This document shows, one piece after another, positions 38,101 to 50,007 of a DNA stretch of 64,000 nucleotides (positions are counted from its first letter, which is position 1; every line of letters begins with the position of its first letter). Position numbers and translations under genes: made by a program. Location: the NCBI GenBank assembly GCA_904063045.1, contig CAJFCJ010000020.1, positions 1,294,916 to 1,358,915 on the forward strand, given 5' to 3'. The notes beneath the pieces were generated by a model that saw nothing but the letters and a program-made list of their open reading frames with translations, was not told the DNA's origin and searched no databases. The stretch comes from Dimorphilus gyrociliatus (taxonomy: Eukaryota > Animalia > Annelida).

Positions 38101-41100
38101 GCTATTTATCCTTGATTTTTCTTCTAGACTATCATTTAATAACTTTCCAGTTTTAAAATGTAGACTTTCAATCTTTTTTTTGGTTTAAATTAACAATTTT
38201 AATTATTATGATAGTAATTCAATAAAGATTTATGTATAGTTACATCAGTTTCAAAATTTTTCATTGTTGAATTATATAAAGGTTCAGCTGTTGTTAAATT
38301 AGTCACTTTCTTCTCTAAAACATCTAGTTGATTTCCGCTGATTCCCAAAGATTTGATGGTTGAATTTACCTCAGCCGATAGACTCTAAAATTTTATTGAA
38401 AGTTTACGATTTAGTTCTTAATAGTGTCTACTTTTTGTTAATAATATAATAACTTGTAAAGAGATATCTTCATCTTGTAATTTTCCCACTCCCTGAGATG
38501 TATTCCAATAGTCTTTGTAGCTATCCGTAAGCCTATTTGTATCGTTGCCCAAAGCAAAAGAACAATCACCGCATCCTTAATGAACAAATTGAAATTAATA
38601 GAATCAATCTAGGAGTGAATTTTAATGTTTGTAAGCCTACTTGTGCATCCTGTAGCACCAAAATTTACATATAACGGTTTACATTCGTTACAGCGTCTAG
38701 AGGCGACACCTTCCTTACAATCGCACTGACCAGATACTTTATCGCAAGGTTTTGTTGAATCAACAGATCCAGTAATATCGCATTGACATGCTGAATTGAT
38801 ATGATTATACTAAATTTGATATATTCAATAAGAAAACTTAATTTACCAGAACAAGCTTGCTTTGGTAGACCCCAAAAATTATTTTTACAGGAATCACACT
38901 TAATTCCCTCTGTATTGCCATCTTTACAAGTACAAATGCCATCATCGTTACATTGACCTGTTTGACTTCCGGCACTATTGCAGTTGCAAGGAACACAACC
39001 TATCAAAAGTTACATTTTTATTGAACAGAGTAATGCAAGTTGTCATTCTTTAAAGTACGAACCAACAAAAGAAGTATTTGTGAATCCATAATAATCTGTA
39101 AGGCATTTCGAACAAGTTCTCTCTCCAACTCCAGGCTTGCACGGGCATTGACCGGTAAAGTGATGGCAAACGGTAGAATTTGACCCTTTTTCGTCGCAGT
39201 TGCAAGCTAACCAAGTAGATGGAAAATTTATTTCTCATAAAATATTAATTAAACAAACTTACCTTTACAATCTGGTACTGTTGCGTTACCGTAAGTTCCA
39301 TCCTGACATCTTTCGCATTGCTTACCAATTGTATTCTTAGTACAATTTAAACAGGCTCCGGTAACTTTATCGCAAGATTCAGCATTACCATTGCAAAAGC
39401 ATTTCTTACAACTTCCCTTATTAATTACCTCCGGATTACCAAAATAAAAGTTTTCGCATCTATTTAAAAAACATTAACATTGATAGATATTTATGGAATT
39501 TTACAGGGTTCTAAGAGAAATTTACTTATCACAAAGATCTCCAGAGTAACCTTCATTACAAAAAGAACAGACGGGATTGTTATTCACTAATTGGCAAGTA
39601 TCGTTACGAACTCGAGGTTCATGACAGGGGCATTTTTTGCAGTCATTTGGCGTACCGTTCGTTGCATTACCGTAAAACCCTAATTTACATATCTCGCATC
39701 TATCGCCGTCAGTATCGTGTAAACAGGATTCGCAAACTCCAGTATCTGCATTACACTTTGACGAATGTCCATTACATTCACAAGGTACACAGAATCCTAA
39801 AAATCCTTGAGTTGTAACATTTTCCCTCTTATAACCCTCCGAACATTTCTGGAATAGTTGTTCATCATTATCATAAAAACGTTTATTAAGAAAAAGGCTT
39901 TATAGTACATACTTCGCAAGAAAGACCTTCGTAACCTTTTGGACACGAGCATTTCTCAACTCCCAAAGATCTACCGCTAAAACCCAACGGATCTGCTCTC
40001 TCAAATTTCAAATTTCCAATACTATACAATAGATATTTAATTGTTAGATTATAGATCTTTTGAAATGAGTACCAGAACTTACCCAGATGAATGTTTTTTG
40101 TCATTGAACACGGCTGGTAAAAGTACAGCTTGAACATCCGTCAAAGCTAATAGAAACTGTTCTCTTTCAATATCTTTTCCATTCTTTTGATTTGCTGCTG
40201 CTTCCGATAAAGTAAAATTTAATCTGGTCAAAGTTCCGCCGTCAATCTAGAATGTTTTTTTATTCGATTAAAGACAGTTTAAAAGTAATACAAAGAAAAA
40301 ATATCAACCGGATCAATATTAAATACGTATTTATCATTTTTACGTCCCAGAAGAAGAACAGATAAGTCTTTATTCTTACCACCAGTTTCTAATTCTTTAT
40401 AATAGACATCAAAGTAGATTTTATTTTCGTACATAGTCAAAAGATTTCCGATTAACTGTTTCTTTGGTTGCCAATATAAACTTTCTGTACCGGAGACGTC
40501 CGTCTGTTGCAATCTTATGCCTGAATCAGGAGCGATTGGGAAGGTAAAATTAATATCCTGAACGGTAGTTTCAGTTCGCAAATTATAATTTGGATTATGC
40601 TTGAGAACTCCTCCTTCAAAAGACGAACTACTGGCTGGCATAGTTATCTATACGAATGAATAATTTTTAATTAGTTAACTGTCCGCTTTTTAAGAATTAA
40701 TTCAATTTTTTCTTATCTTACCAAAACATTATTCCATACAGTACTCTTACAGTTCTTAGATACTCCCATACAAACACACGACAAACAGCCATACTTGTGA
40801 GAAACATCATTATAAAAGCTTGATTCGTTGCAAACGTCGCATACTAAACCTCCCGTATTTTTCTGTTTTTAATAACATATTTTGTATTGTTATGTTGTTA
40901 CTATAAGTTTGAAATACTCACTTTACAAGGGCATTGACCGGTAGTATCATTACATACGGCATTAGTACTTCCTTGCATATCGCAATTACAAGATGAACAA
41001 CCCGAGCTGCTAAACAGTTTATATTTTTCTGCGCAAGTGTCACATTTTTCACCGAAAACACCTGATTTGCAATCGCATATGCCACTTGTGATATTGCATT

Positions 41101-44100
41101 GAAGTGTAAGTGATCCTCTCACATCACATTTACAGTCCTGAATGATATTAGTACAAAAGTATTAGAATTATATATTCAATAATTCAAGTATTATCTAACT
41201 TGACATCCTTTATCAGCTGTCCAATCATAATAATTATCTAAGCACTTCTCACATTGACGACCACTTGAATTCGGTTGGCAAACACATTGGCCAGTTTTCC
41301 GATCGCATACTGTAGACTTACCTTTGCAATCGCAAGCTGTTTTTAAGTAATATATTGTATAAATAAATATTGCCAAATCAACGAAAAGAGATCCTCACGT
41401 TTACATCCATCTTTATCTAAACCGTAAAATTCTGCAAGACATTCGTCACACCTGCGACCGCCCACTCCAGGTTTGCAATGGCATTGACCTTCAAAGTTTG
41501 AGCATGTATTATTGAAAGAACCTTCAGGATGACAGTCACACGGTAATGCTCCATCTAAATAATTAGTCCATAAAGAAAATATTTGAGATTTACAAAAAGG
41601 TCCGTCAGTAGGTGAATTAAGTCTAAATATGAAAATGACAATGAAATTAACACATCAAAGAAAGTTAATTAAAATTTACTTTAGATCATTTTTAATTATG
41701 TTACAAGTGCTTGAAAACTTTTTTGAGTTGTCAACACCTAATAGTTTCTCTGTTTTGAAAAACTCCTCTGGTAGAATAATGATTTCATCCTATTATAGAA
41801 AGAAAAACAGACACAAAAAATAGTCATTTACCGGGAAAACATATATAAATCCTTTTAATACGATAAGAAAATAAATACTTACAAAGAAAACATTATGATC
41901 TTCATTAATTGAAATTGTAGCTGTGTATGGTATATTCGGTGCTAATGTTACGTTTTCTCTATCATTAGATTCCGCTTTGATTATACACCAATCTTTAGAG
42001 CATTGATTAAAAGTCAAGCTTATCATCTGATTTGCACCGGCTGTGAGCAGTTTACAATAAAAAATAATTGAATGTATAAAAAAAAGGGCATTTTATGAAT
42101 ACATATTCAATTATCAAAGAGTGATTGTAGTACTAACCAAGTATGCTAATAGATAATTTGCCCGTAGCATGTAGGGTGGAGACATATTTTATCAAAACAA
42201 TATAAACTCCAGATAATTTATTTTCAGGTATCTTAAAATTAGCTTTTGCCGAATTCTGACAATATTAATTATTATAATTAAATATATATAGATATACTAT
42301 ATATTTGTTTAAGGTATAATTAAAAGGGAAATAACTTACATTAACATTAACCAATGCGTATCCTATTCCTGAAAAACCTGACTGAACTCTATCCCACATT
42401 CCTTTTTCATCCTCAAATTGATAAGAGAAATAATGAGCTCCAGGATAAAAAGTTTGTTGTATTACACTATAAAAATATGTATATTATGTATAATTTTTTA
42501 TTGATTATTCACTCTGTTCATCAACAAAAGTAGTATTCAAACCTTTTACATTGGCGATCGTCAACATTCTTCCGACAGGGGCACTGACCGTCAGATTTTC
42601 TACACGTAGAGGATGATGAACCTCCAGCGTCGCAATCGCAAATTGTACAACCTTATGAATAAAGAGGAAAGATTTTATGTAAAGAATTATTTGATAATAC
42701 GTATCAGCAAATTTTTATATTTATACTTTCTTCTAGTTTCTCTTTTGTTCTATTTGCTGATAATGTCAATTTTTTTATATTTACCATCTGCTTTCGTTTC
42801 ATTGAGTCCATAAAAACCATCCAAACATTCGTCGCATCTTCTATTCATAACATTTTTCTTACAGGGGCAACTTCCTGTTGCGTTCGTTAGACAAACAGTC
42901 GTTCCTCCCAAAGTACCGGACGGATTACAAAAACAATCTTAGGAAGAGAAAAGATAATACATTAAAACGAAAAAAATCGATTCAAGTTATAGAATGCTTT
43001 ATGCTTATACCTTGACAGCCGTTCGGATTATCGGAAGTTAAATTAAAGAATCCGGGTTTGCATTGATCACAAGTAGTACCTTGAACATTTTTTTTGCATA
43101 TGCAATCGCCCGGTTTCTGAGAATAAAATGAAATTTTAAAAAAATACATTTTACTAGCTTAGTGCATAAAACGGATTTGAAAGAGAGAAAACTCTACCTT
43201 CCCACTCGGCAATGGTTTGTCATCATTCATAATACAGTCACCAACCAATCCAGTTTCCGGATTAAGTGTAACACCTGGGCCATGGCAACTGCATTTTTTA
43301 CAAGCGCTAGGACTGTTTTGGTGAATTCCTAAAGGTCTATAGAAGAAGTTAATACACTTTTCGCAATTAACACCTAAAAAAGGGAAGATTTAAATGTAAA
43401 ATTAAATGAAATTAATGATTTAGAAACGTTTATGTCTTAGATAAAAAAATACTGACCAGTCGTATTATGTTGACAATCAATACAAGTACCACCCCCACTC
43501 ATCTTACCGGTGGCATCTTTACTCATATTTAGAGCATTAACCGTTTCATTAAAATAACAGGCTTCAGAGTGTTTATTGCAAACGCAAGCTATTGTTTAAA
43601 GAACACAAAAAAAATAATTGATGTATATGTAAATGATATATATTTTTAGATAGATAGATAATAATAATTAATTAGTAAAACCTTCGCAAGTTTTGCCATA
43701 TTGAAACTTTCGTTGATTATAGAAAGGTTTACATTTATTACAAAATCTCCCTTCAGAATTTCCCCCACAAATACATTCGAATCTCCCTGTATTGTTACTT
43801 TTAACGCAATCAGTTCCAAGACCATTACATACACATTCGGCCATAACAGTTAATTCCTTAACTGTAAAATGTTGCTGTAAAATATATTTTTAATATATCA
43901 TCAATAACTTTTGAAGAGAAATATTTAAGAAAAAGAAAATTATTCATGGGGAAAAACGAATCTATGACTATCAATTTTTTATGAAATTACAAAAGCAGAT
44001 GCTGTCTTGATAGTTGATTATTGATTTTTCACTTTCTGTTTGAATGTTCAAGCGCAAATATCTAACTTGAGTGCGTATTCAGTTGTTTTTTTTTAAATAG

Positions 44101-44190
44101 TCACGCTCCAGTCATCCGAAATCAATAATCACGGGATGCAAATAATTACGAATTTTTTAATATGCGCACATGTTTCATAACAGTCATATA

Positions 44191-44236
<46 letters not shown>

Positions 44237-45277
44237 TATATATATATACTGTATGCACTCATATAAATAAATATATAATATATATATATATATATTTAAT
44301 TAATCATTCATTAGCATTCGTTTCCAAAAGAGATGTAATAGGACACATATAGAGGAATACTTACAAATCTATCTCCAGTTAAACCAAGTGTATATTCCAT
44401 AGTATAGAACAATATTTTTAAATATCTTGCTTTCTTGAAAGCCTATTTAGGGTTGATAGACATAATTTAGCTATGTTTTACACGTTAAGATTTGATAATA
44501 CTTACAGCCAGATTTGTTGGAACAACGGATAAATCGAATTTAATCTGCGTGAACATTCACATTCAAGTACAAGTATTTGGTGGGGGGAAAAAACCAATAC
44601 AACTATTCATAATGAATAATTCATACTTACTATTTCGTTTGTAACTGGTTTATCAAGAATATATTGTTGACATAATATACTAAAAAGATTTGATGGTATA
44701 TCCGAAAGGATTGCAGTTGGAAATTTTTCAGGACAGTCGCTGTCCCGAACGGTAACTTTATGAAGCCAGGATTTATATGTAACTCCATCAGTTGATTTTT
44801 TAACAGACATTAACTTAGGGCGTAAGCTATCACCCATTTGAAGTGAAATTGAATTAATTTCAAACTCCTAAGCAATTGAATATAAAAAGTAGTTTAAATT
44901 TGGAAAAGGGATCTATTTTTAATTTTGACACAAACCTGCTCTAAATCTATAGTGATTTCACCTATTTCCTTACCATCCTTTCCATAACCAAGACTTATTA
45001 GTCTTGATCTAGATGTGCTCTGCCACCAAGTATCAACCAAGCCGTCTACCATAGTATCAGGAGGGTATTGCGAACCATTTACACAAGTATATACCTTTCT
45101 CTTCCAAGTGGGTTCGAATATTTGGGCATGAACATAAAATGGTTCCTCTCCAGTGACTGTTCCACACGTAACTTTTGCATTTATTGGCTTCTTAAGGGCA
45201 ACATTAACAGATTTTGTTTGACAATCGTGTAGTAAAAAGAGTATCAAAAATAGTAAACACGTCAAATAAATATTCAT
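32109..45277 (-). CDS. Laminin alpha chain, divergent alpha-3/5-like: signal peptide, LN, 5 LE, short LF, 4 LE, L4, about 7 LE, coiled coil, 5 LG domains; dozens of short introns
   Basis: N-terminus [19 protein letters not shown] then LN (TCG...[10 protein letters not shown]). Many LE repeats, L4 flanked by [11 protein letters not shown] and [16 protein letters not shown], and heptad-like exons at 35.9-38.5 kb. Five LG modules with a Pro/Thr linker between LG3 and LG4. The last exon ends GCISNVYVN...ESGCPSF, stop at 32109-32111. Confidence 0.92.
44186..44295. repeat. Compound (TA)n microsatellite inside a long laminin LN-region intron
   Basis: About 19 perfect TA units at 44194-44232 plus degenerate flanks. 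Confidence 0.92.
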
Positions 45278-46719
45278 TGTTGAAATTGCCGTGGCAGATG
45301 TAGATATTTTTCGGATAAGACCTCACAAAAAAATCATTTCAATTTTCAGTCTTACTTTATGATGTTAATCCAAAATTTTGGAAATATGCGCTTTGGACAC
45401 AAAGAACAAAAGTTTCTTGCAATATCCCCGTTTATTATAAAACTTATCGAACGAGTCTCTGTGTACAAACTGACTATCATCGATCAAATTAGAAGTTCGC
45501 GGGAACATCTGCTGTTCCGGTCCACGTAACCAGGCTAACTTTCATTCTCCCCCTACTAAACTATTCAAAGCCAGTTTCCAAAAGTGTAAACATTCGAATT
45601 TTAATAAAACAGCTACATCATTCATCTATTAATTTACTGTTTAACGAACTTAAACCCTTTTGCGTCGATAAAATAATTCCCATAGCCCTAGTTAAAAGAC
45701 AATAAATTCTAGCAAGTTATTAAAAGTCTATACGAACATTTAAGACTGTTGAAATAATAAATTGAACTGTAGAATATTTGCTAATAGTATAGAAATTTCT
45801 ATTTGGAATTATTACATGGCCATTTTCTCTTTATAAATAAGTTTACATAGAAAAAAAAAATCGATTATTATATCTTGGTTTGCACTTTATTTCAATAAAG
45901 AATAGTCAGTATATAATATATATACCAATATCACCAGATGACTCTTCTTTTGCCCTAAACGCTATAATATTAGTTTTACAAAAAAGGAAAATTGGAAATT
46001 TCAACACAAGAGATAAGCTCCATCTAGCGTGGATATATTTTGATATTTTATAGCTTTTAATTATTTTTTCCTTCTTTTATGTAATAATTTTTTATAACAA
46101 AAACTAGATTATTGATTAAACGTTAAAATTAATAATTATTTCGCAATAAAACTAACATAAAACTTATTTGACGGAAGATTTCAACAATAGGGTGAAAAGA
46201 GGTAATTAATACATTTGATAATAATTCTTTTAAAAGTTATTATGAATGATTTGTTTATTAAAGCTTTCAAAGAATATAATAGCACTCGAATTTGGGGAAG
46301 TTTTTATGACTATGTTCCTTTTCTATCTATGGAATTGATTTTCACGAAATAGCTCTAAAGAAGTATATTACAAATAGTACGTAGTTATCAATAAGCAATT
46401 TCTATAATCGTTGAATAGTAATAGCTATATAAGTTAAAAGACAAGGATTAAATAGGAGGAGACCTCTCAAAGGATTAACATATGAATAAAAGACACTGAA
46501 AATGTTGAATGATAATCTTTAAAATGTTTAATAATTAGATAAAAAGAGATTATTTACTTAGAAAATTTGTCTTATTCGTTCAATGAAAAAGAGAAATCGT
46601 TGCATAAAAAATGTATTAAACTTTAAATATTACTGTAACACTATTTCTTTGGCAGGGTTAGCTAAAAGAAATGTAAAAAATAACAAGAGAACAATATTGT
46701 CTCATCCTAATCAACTGGT

Positions 46720-47514
46720 TTAAGACTTATACATATCATCCTTTTTGTAACCGTGACGCCATCGCCAACTTACTGGAGGTTTCCATTGACCTTTTGCAAT
46801 TTCGGTTTTTCCACTTTTTTTCATATCCAACCAACCTTTCCAATCGTTGAGCATGTTACATAGTATATAAGCATTTTGTAGATTATCTCCTCTTTCCGTA
46901 TATACGAAGATTAAAATTATATTCATATCGAATTTTGAACACTTTGAGAATAACGGTAATGCTATACCGCTACCGGGTAATTGAACGTTATCAATGGATT
47001 CGTACTCGTGCTCTTTCCATTCAAGGCTGTCTTTTAGTACTTTACCGGCGCTTTCCTTTAAAGTGTCGGATATCAAATATTTGAAAGTTGGGCCCTTTAT
47101 TTCAGACTCTTGCCGTTTGTGTAAATTAGATGAAGATACTATGATGACATTTTCAAATTTTGAACATCGTATCCAATGTTCTAATCTTCTTACATACTCT
47201 CCTTTTCTACCCTTTGCTATCCTAGACCTTAATTGTATAATTGCTAATTTCAAGGCTTCATTTTCATATAGTTCACAACAGGTACTTAATTTACAAGTTT
47301 TCTCGATCTTACCTGTTGCATATGGATCATTACCAACAGCTGGAAGTAATAAATCAGTATGCAAATAAGCTATTTTATTCAGCCAGAGCGTTGAAATTAA
47401 CAAATCAGCTGATAATTGTCCCACGTTTCCAACGCAATTTGACGCTATAATAAGCGTATAATCGGTCCAATCACTCTTTAAGCGACTTGAAGCTGGTAGT
47501 AGTATTCCAGACAT
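46720..47514 (-). CDS. PSMG2: Proteasome assembly chaperone 2 (PAC2), single exon
   Basis: VGNVGQLSADLLISTL, GNDPY, LPGSG, EGDN-like ERGDN and terminal WKPPVSW match PAC2; uninterrupted 264-aa ORF. Confidence 0.88.
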   Translation of the reverse strand: MSGILLPASSRLKSDWTDYTLIIASNCVGNVGQLSADLLISTLWLNKIAYLHTDLLLPAVGNDPYATGKIEKTCKLSTCCELYENEALKLAIIQLRSRIAKGRKGEYVRRLEHWIRCSKFENVIIVSSSNLHKRQESEIKGPTFKYLISDTLKESAGKVLKDSLEWKEHEYESIDNVQLPGSGIALPLFSKCSKFDMNIILIFVYTERGDNLQNAYILCNMLNDWKGWLDMKKSGKTEIAKGQWKPPVSWRWRHGYKKDDMYKS

Positions 47515-47830
47515 TTGCAGTAAAAAAAGTATACGCGATTAGCACGTGTGAAAGGAATGTTTGTTGACAAGGAGGATTTGAGCTTTAGCTTGAAATGATA
47601 TTGGCCTATAGTGATTTATCCTTATTATGATTAATATCTAAGGGGAAATAGCCATTGAAATGCCTTCCTAAATGAAATTAAAAGGAATTAACTAGGCTTT
47701 CTCTGCCCACAAATTGTATCATACTGTAACGATTATATTATAAATAAATATCATATTGTAATACTTTAAAAAGCGTTACGCATTCTTTAGTAAATAAATC
47801 CTTTAGCGGTCTGTATAACATGTAAGCCTA

Positions 47831-47848
47831 CTCTCTCTCTCTCTCTCT
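47831..47848. repeat. (CT)9 microsatellite
   Basis: Direct reading. Confidence 0.9.
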
Positions 47849-49280
47849 TTTCTTAACCCTAGAGCATATTATTTTACTTTTTCAAAGCAAATAGAAAAGG
47901 TGAAAAGTGAAGAATCTAATCTTTTTGCTAGTTGGGTTATTATTTTAAAAAAACTATCCGTTCAAAGGCAACATCTGCTTGATGACGTAAAAATATGAAA
48001 TATCAAATACTTTCTTTTAATAGAATATAAATAGTCTTGCCGCCATCTATTGACATCATCTCCCGTTTTCCGCGTAAAACGCTCTACTGCAAGTACTACT
48101 CAAGGACTAGAATCTGTAAATCCGGCGGCAAATAGCGAAACAGCATAAAAAAAAGAAAAATCTAGCTAATATGAATAATCTAACCAATTTTGCTATGTTG
48201 ACAAACCACGTTTGGTTTTAGTTGACACCTCGTTTCCATAACAACATGAAAAAACTGCTGAATTACCTCCATAAACTGGCCTATTAGGCTCATGACAGGT
48301 TCTCTTCCGAGAGGCACTTCCAGGATGTTTCGTCAGTTCCAAATTTCGTTACTTTATCAATAACCAACAACGATATAATCGGTACATTGAGAAAGGGAAA
48401 ACGTGATCAATTCAGCCTATTTACCAAATACAAACCTGTTTGTTTGCTATTCTTCTCAATATCCTTGAGCAGATAGATACGTTCCACGCTCCGTCTTTCA
48501 TCTGCTCTAATAACAAAGCCAACAATATATGACAATTACAAACCTATCTCTAGCTCTACGTTTAGCTAAACAGGCTTTTTTCTATACTATAGCCCTTGGG
48601 AATTTGCAAAACAGGTGTTAATTTAGAATGCAAATATCCGTTTTTTTTAAGAAACGTCCTTAAACGCCTTCAGCATATCTGACATTCTGTATAGACTACA
48701 AATCCAAGTTCAAACTGCAAATATCTCTTTCATTTAATTTCAATTCCGTCTATAATAAGAACAAATAAGACACAATAACAAACAATGATAAATTAAGATA
48801 ACGAACTATAAAAATCCAAACAAAAAGAAAAAGCAAATTTGTAGGAAAAAGCAATTTTTAATGCGAACATCAATCTGGATATGAAGACAATATATGCAAT
48901 ATAAAAACGGTTTCCTTTGTTAACGCCAAAAGTATTATATAACGCTCCTTGTCATTGTTCAGGATGATGGTAAATATGTTTTTATTTCTATCTATAAAAT
49001 AAATCCATTTCAAACAAACAGACCCAAAGTAATTTAGAAGGGACTAAAAGAATTGATGAAACAGAGTAAAAATATAAAAACCCGAGGTTATTAGTAGTTC
49101 GCATAAAAATTAACTCAATTCTACTAGTAATTTTAAAGTAGGTAGAAAAGAAACAAGACTAAAGCTTTTAACAGTATCTTCCATGCTCTAATTAATCTAG
49201 AATTCAATAGTACATGGCACATAAAGAAAATATAATAAGAGGAACATTTGTTGTTTTTTCCACACTAATCATCCTCTTTT

Positions 49281-49307
49281 TCTTCTTCTTCTTCTTCTTC
49301 TTCTTCT
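49281..49307. repeat. (TCT)9 trinucleotide repeat
   Basis: Direct reading; it accounts for the poly-Phe stretch in the spurious ORF 49214-49441. Confidence 0.9.
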
Positions 49308-50007
49308 GCTCCTCCTCCTTTTTTCCTAGTCCTATAACCTCTTTTTTTATATTTCCTTTCTACAAGGCCAAGTCGAGCGCAAAGAATTTTTTTTTTCGAT
49401 TAAACGTTGTTGAATACCTCATCTTTTTTTGTTTAATATAAATATATATATACGAAATATTTCGAATAAAATACAAGAAACGAAGTAAAGATACTATTTT
49501 ATTGGAGACCATAACAGTGCTTTTGATCACGTGCCGTCACTTGTAGGAAAGTAGCGTGTGCTTGGTAGGGTTAATAAGACTATTTTATTCATTGATTTTA
49601 ATATATATATATATATATTTATAAATGTTTTTCAAATATAGTACAATAAACATATTACTATAATTATTTAAATTAGGCTTATAGTGTTGATTTCTTTTTG
49701 ATAATTTTGTAATGCTATTGATGTTGATATTATATTTTAAGTAATGCAAACTGAGAAGTTTTTTAACAGCTCACTAATTAAAATATATGAATATTCATCA
49801 TCAATTTTTTTGTCTATATTTATATGTTTGATAAGAATTATTGTTTGATTACAATACGGAAGAGGCTACTTAAAATGTGGAGAAGAAATTAAAGATACTG
49901 CATAAATTACACTTGGGAACACCGTTAGACGTCTTGGCGAGCGTCATATACTTCTATAAGTTTTTACAGACGTCAAGTTTGGCTGCGTTTTTCACCGCTT
50001 TTAAAAC

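Noticed and set aside
48232-48245. RFX X-box match GTTTCCATAACAAC
   Set aside because: It fits GTHNYYATRRNAAC, but a rough estimate gives about one chance match per 64 kb, and it is not close to the start of any supported ciliary gene.
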